Part shown: one piece after another, positions 61,298 to 64,000 of the stretch | Numbering within the stretch: position 1 is the stretch's first letter | Layout: the number at the start of each line of letters is the position of its first letter | Assembly: GCA_038065095.1 (NCBI GenBank) | Contig: JBBTRR010000006.1 | Span: 84,713-148,712 of the forward strand | DNA from: Patescibacteria group bacterium | GTDB taxonomy: Bacteria; Patescibacteriota; Minisyncoccia; JACQLN01 | DNA length: 64,000 nt | Reading direction: 5' to 3' | Translations under genes and position numbers: made by a program | Notes under the pieces: generated by a model | Told to the model about the DNA's origin: nothing | Databases searched by the model: none | The model's input: the letters and a program-made list of their open reading frames with translations, nothing else

Positions 61298-61390
61298 AAT
61301 TAAACAGTCATTGCTTTAGCCTACTAACCCCCTAGACTACGTGTGCCTAGGAAGTTAGTTTGCTAAAGATGAGTTGTTAATCTGACATAT
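61298..61390. other. 23S intervening hairpin insertion in domain I
   Basis: About 90 extra nt between ctactaagggaat and cttttcctc, with a ctttagc...gctaaag stem. Confidence 0.65.
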
Positions 61391-62018
61391 CTTTTCCTCT
61401 GCTTACTGAAATGTTTTACTTCGGCAGGTTCCCTTCTTGGAGTTACCAACCTCCAAGACAATCTCGGTTCACGAGACTAGATTTCTCCATTCGGAAATCC
61501 CCGGATCAAAACTTGCTACACAGCTCCCCGAGGCTTATCGCAGTTACGCCACGTCCTTCATCGGCCTTTTGAGTCAAGGCATCCACCAATTACCCTTAAG
61601 TTCACGAAAGCACTAAGACCACAAAATGGCCCGTGCTTTCCCTCTTTCCTACATAATCGCACTTTTCAAGTGATTAAAAATTCTATTCCGAGCTTCTAGA
61701 AATTTTGCTTTTTTGATTTTTAGGAATTTCCTAACAAGCTAAAAGCTAACCCGGTAACGTACATTCGTATGCGTTACTGGGCTAATAACTAAAAGCTATT
61801 TGTATGATGCCGTTTACATGTTATTCAGTTGTTAATGTTCAAACGCTTATGATTTTATTCGTATCATTCGTATACATTCGTAGATTGGTATCGATATGCC
61901 GAAGGCATTAAAAAAATCCCGTGAAGCGGGATCGTTTACAAACCGACTAAAACAGGACACGATCTCATTCGCTTCTATGTTTTAAATGGTATTTTTTTAA
62001 CGTCATAAACGTAAAGCC

Positions 62019-62047
62019 ATTATATTCTTTATATTATGTAGCGTCAA
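62019..62047 (-). promoter_or_regulatory. Promoter of the 23S-5S operon
   Basis: TTGACG-17 nt-TATAAT pointing into the 23S leader. Confidence 0.75.
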
Positions 62048-62116
62048 CCCCGTTAGAAACAGCCCGCCCCTAGGCCCTTTGGGCGCGCAAAGCGCGGGCG
62101 TGGTTTCTAACGGGGT
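62047..62116. repeat. CCCCGTTAGA...TCTAACGGGG element, intergenic copy
   Basis: accccgttagaaac...gtttctaacggggt. Confidence 0.85.
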
Positions 62117-62196
62117 CAAGCAAAATTCAAATAAAAAAAGTGCAAAAACAAGGTGCACAAGGTTGACGAATCAAGGTTTTTAGAGTATTTTTGTAT

Positions 62197-62268
62197 AGCG
62201 GGGTGGAGCAATGGTAGCTTGCCAGGCTCATAACCTGGAGGTTCCCGGTTCGAGTCCGGGTCCCGCAA
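62197..62268 (+). tRNA. tRNA-Met(CAT), initiator-like
   Basis: AGCGGGGTGGAGCAATGG...CCAGG-CTCATAA-CCTGG...GTTCGAGTCC...TCCCGCAA; 1:72 mismatch. Confidence 0.9.
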
Positions 62269-62420
62269 CCGCGAAAAATGCGCAGACGCATCTCGCGGCT
62301 TGCCCCGAAGAAATTCATAACTCATTTTCGGGGCAAGCTTTTGAGCGAGCCACGAGATAAAACAACTTCCTTTATACAAAGGGGGTTGTTTTATTTTTCG
62401 TGGCAGATTAATGTAATTAT

Positions 62421-62681
62421 ATGTTCTACTATGTTTATATTCTAGAAAGTCAGCTAGATGGAACTTGGTATACTGGTTTTACAAAAAACATAAAGCAGAG
62501 AATTATGCATCATAATTCTGGAAAAGGAGGAAAAACCACTAGACAAAAGAAGGATTGGAAAATAATTTATTGTGAAGCATATCTAAACAAAGAAGATGCA
62601 TTTGGAAGAGAAAAATTCCTAAAAGGAGGATCTGGAAAAAAATATCTTAAAAAACAACTTAAAAATTACCTAGCGACGTGA
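62421..62681 (+). CDS. GIY-YIG nuclease family protein
   Basis: YYVYILES...YTGFT.NIK.R...HNSG...EAY....A..REKFLK. Confidence 0.9.
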   Translation: MFYYVYILESQLDGTWYTGFTKNIKQRIMHHNSGKGGKTTRQKKDWKIIYCEAYLNKEDAFGREKFLKGGSGKKYLKKQLKNYLAT

Positions 62682-62684
62682 GAT

Positions 62685-62709
62685 TCCGGGTCCCGCAACC
62701 GCGAAAAAT
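62685..62709 (+). repeat. 25-bp duplication of the tRNA-Met 3' end and flank (copy of 62255-62279)
   Basis: tccgggtcccgcaaccgcgaaaaat identical at both sites. Confidence 0.9.
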
Positions 62710-62720
62710 AAAACACCCTT

Positions 62721-63038
62721 TTAAGGGTGTTTTATTTTGGTTTTTTCAAGCGTAGCAATGATTCTTTCTGTAATCATCAAATTGGAAAATTTACTTTGAA
62801 TGAAATTGAGTATGTACACCTGTTTATTCTCATCCATAATTTCTTCCCAGGGATTGAACTTAAGATGTAATTCAATCTCAAAAGGATCATCGATTGTGAG
62901 ACGGTCGAGGTTAACAAGAACACATTTAATCTCCAAAGATCGATCCGTAACCAAATAATTCCTATCATCATTATGAATAAGGAGAAACTCATTTCCCAAT
63001 TCTGCTATGGGATAAGCTATGTCTGATAGTGATAACAT
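62721..63038 (-). CDS. Hypothetical protein
   Basis: 105-aa ORF 12 nt downstream of the 63051 gene. Confidence 0.55.
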   Translation of the reverse strand: MLSLSDIAYPIAELGNEFLLIHNDDRNYLVTDRSLEIKCVLVNLDRLTIDDPFEIELHLKFNPWEEIMDENKQVYILNFIQSKFSNLMITERIIATLEKTKIKHP

Positions 63039-63050
63039 AAAAATACTAAT

Positions 63051-63962
63051 CTAGTACAAAACTAATTCGACGTGCGAATCTGGGTTTTCTTTTTTAAACT
63101 TCTCAAAAATTCTCTTTATTCTAAAAAGTTCCACTCTATTTAATCCATTTTTGGCAGAAATATGTATAGATTCTATGTCATCAAGGTTCAGTCCCCCATG
63201 ATATTGAGCTTCATTGTAATTATAAGGATTTATAGGCATTCTAGTATTTACTTTAGAACCATCAACAATGCTTTCTATCTGGCCTGGAAATAATCCCACC
63301 AAATGAGGCCTGGCGGCAGGCGTGGGAGGAACATTGGAATAACAATAAAGAAGAGAATCCTGAAAAGTTATCGTCGCTTTTCTCAAAGCAATTTCTTTCT
63401 TGATTTTAATACTAACAGCACCATAGCGAGCAACATTATTTGGAGGTGGTACTTTTCCCTCAGAATTCATTTCCCCATTTTCTCCATCACTAAAATATCC
63501 ATAAATTGGCCGCTTCTCCTTATCGTGTAAAATATCATCTTCAAAACCAAACATTATATGTTCTTTAATAGATCTCGAACTTGGTGAGCAAAATGCTCCG
63601 CTTTTATAAGTTTCGAACTGAGATTTAAAGCGATGATCCTCTAAAAGAATCTGTTTTAAAACATGTACATTAACCGCCGTAAAAAAATCCGAGTTACCAA
63701 TGAGAGACTCAATTTTTTCTTGTACAAGCTTCTTTAGGTCGTCTACAGGTATTCCTCTTTCTTCTGCTAATCTTTTAAATTCAGATTCTTTTATTACTTC
63801 ACTATCCAAAATATTTTTTTTAATAGTATCCATAAGTTCGGGATTACCTTCAATCTGAAAATCATCCCAGCCCTCAAAATATTGGGAGTCCACCTCTGAA
63901 ATACTTTCTTGAGACTGTTCAGTCTCTGTTATATTTCTAGTTATACCTTCGCGAGAAAACAT
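63051..63962 (-). CDS. Hypothetical protein, DUF3626-like
   Basis: FKSQFET..SG, RPIYGY, YG.V.I, TITFQDS and YNEAQYHGG motifs. Confidence 0.55.
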   Translation of the reverse strand: MFSREGITRNITETEQSQESISEVDSQYFEGWDDFQIEGNPELMDTIKKNILDSEVIKESEFKRLAEERGIPVDDLKKLVQEKIESLIGNSDFFTAVNVHVLKQILLEDHRFKSQFETYKSGAFCSPSSRSIKEHIMFGFEDDILHDKEKRPIYGYFSDGENGEMNSEGKVPPPNNVARYGAVSIKIKKEIALRKATITFQDSLLYCYSNVPPTPAARPHLVGLFPGQIESIVDGSKVNTRMPINPYNYNEAQYHGGLNLDDIESIHISAKNGLNRVELFRIKRIFEKFKKENPDSHVELVLY

Positions 63963-64000
63963 AAATTTAGCTAGATTTCATAAGATTATTTCTGGTTTTT

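Overview
AT-rich bacterial chromosome window that looks like Patescibacteria/CPR (Parcubacteria-like). This is inferred from gene content: dnaK-grpE-hrcA, corA-cysS-dnaB-recR, rmuC, mraZ-rsmH-ftsL-ftsI-murF, rpoBC-rplJL, rodA, and a 23S-5S operon with no linked 16S. The 23S gene carries two LAGLIDADG group I introns and three extra insertions. The most striking region is about 21-34 kb. A 2416-aa HTH/membrane-anchored repetitive fibre-like protein ends in the N-half of an intein, and a separate ORF about 3 kb downstream begins with the matching C-half (...HN|T). Between them sits a repeat-bounded cargo: a DUF433/PIN toxin-antitoxin pair on the opposite strand, a Zn-ribbon PD-(D/E)XK nuclease and a four-helix-bundle gene. 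The intein's own reading frame reopens after a single TAG and stays open antisense across the TA pair. Other notable items: an intact tRNA-Val nested in the anticodon loop of a second tRNA-like gene between inverted repeats; palindromic elements inserted in-frame into core proteins; a PaaX/Cas2-like gene bracketed by two perfect 34-bp palindromes; a four-helix-bundle gene inside a repeat hairpin whose empty form occurs in a 23S insertion; and a GIY-YIG gene between tRNA 3'-end direct repeats. All calls come from reading the sequence by eye; no searches were run.
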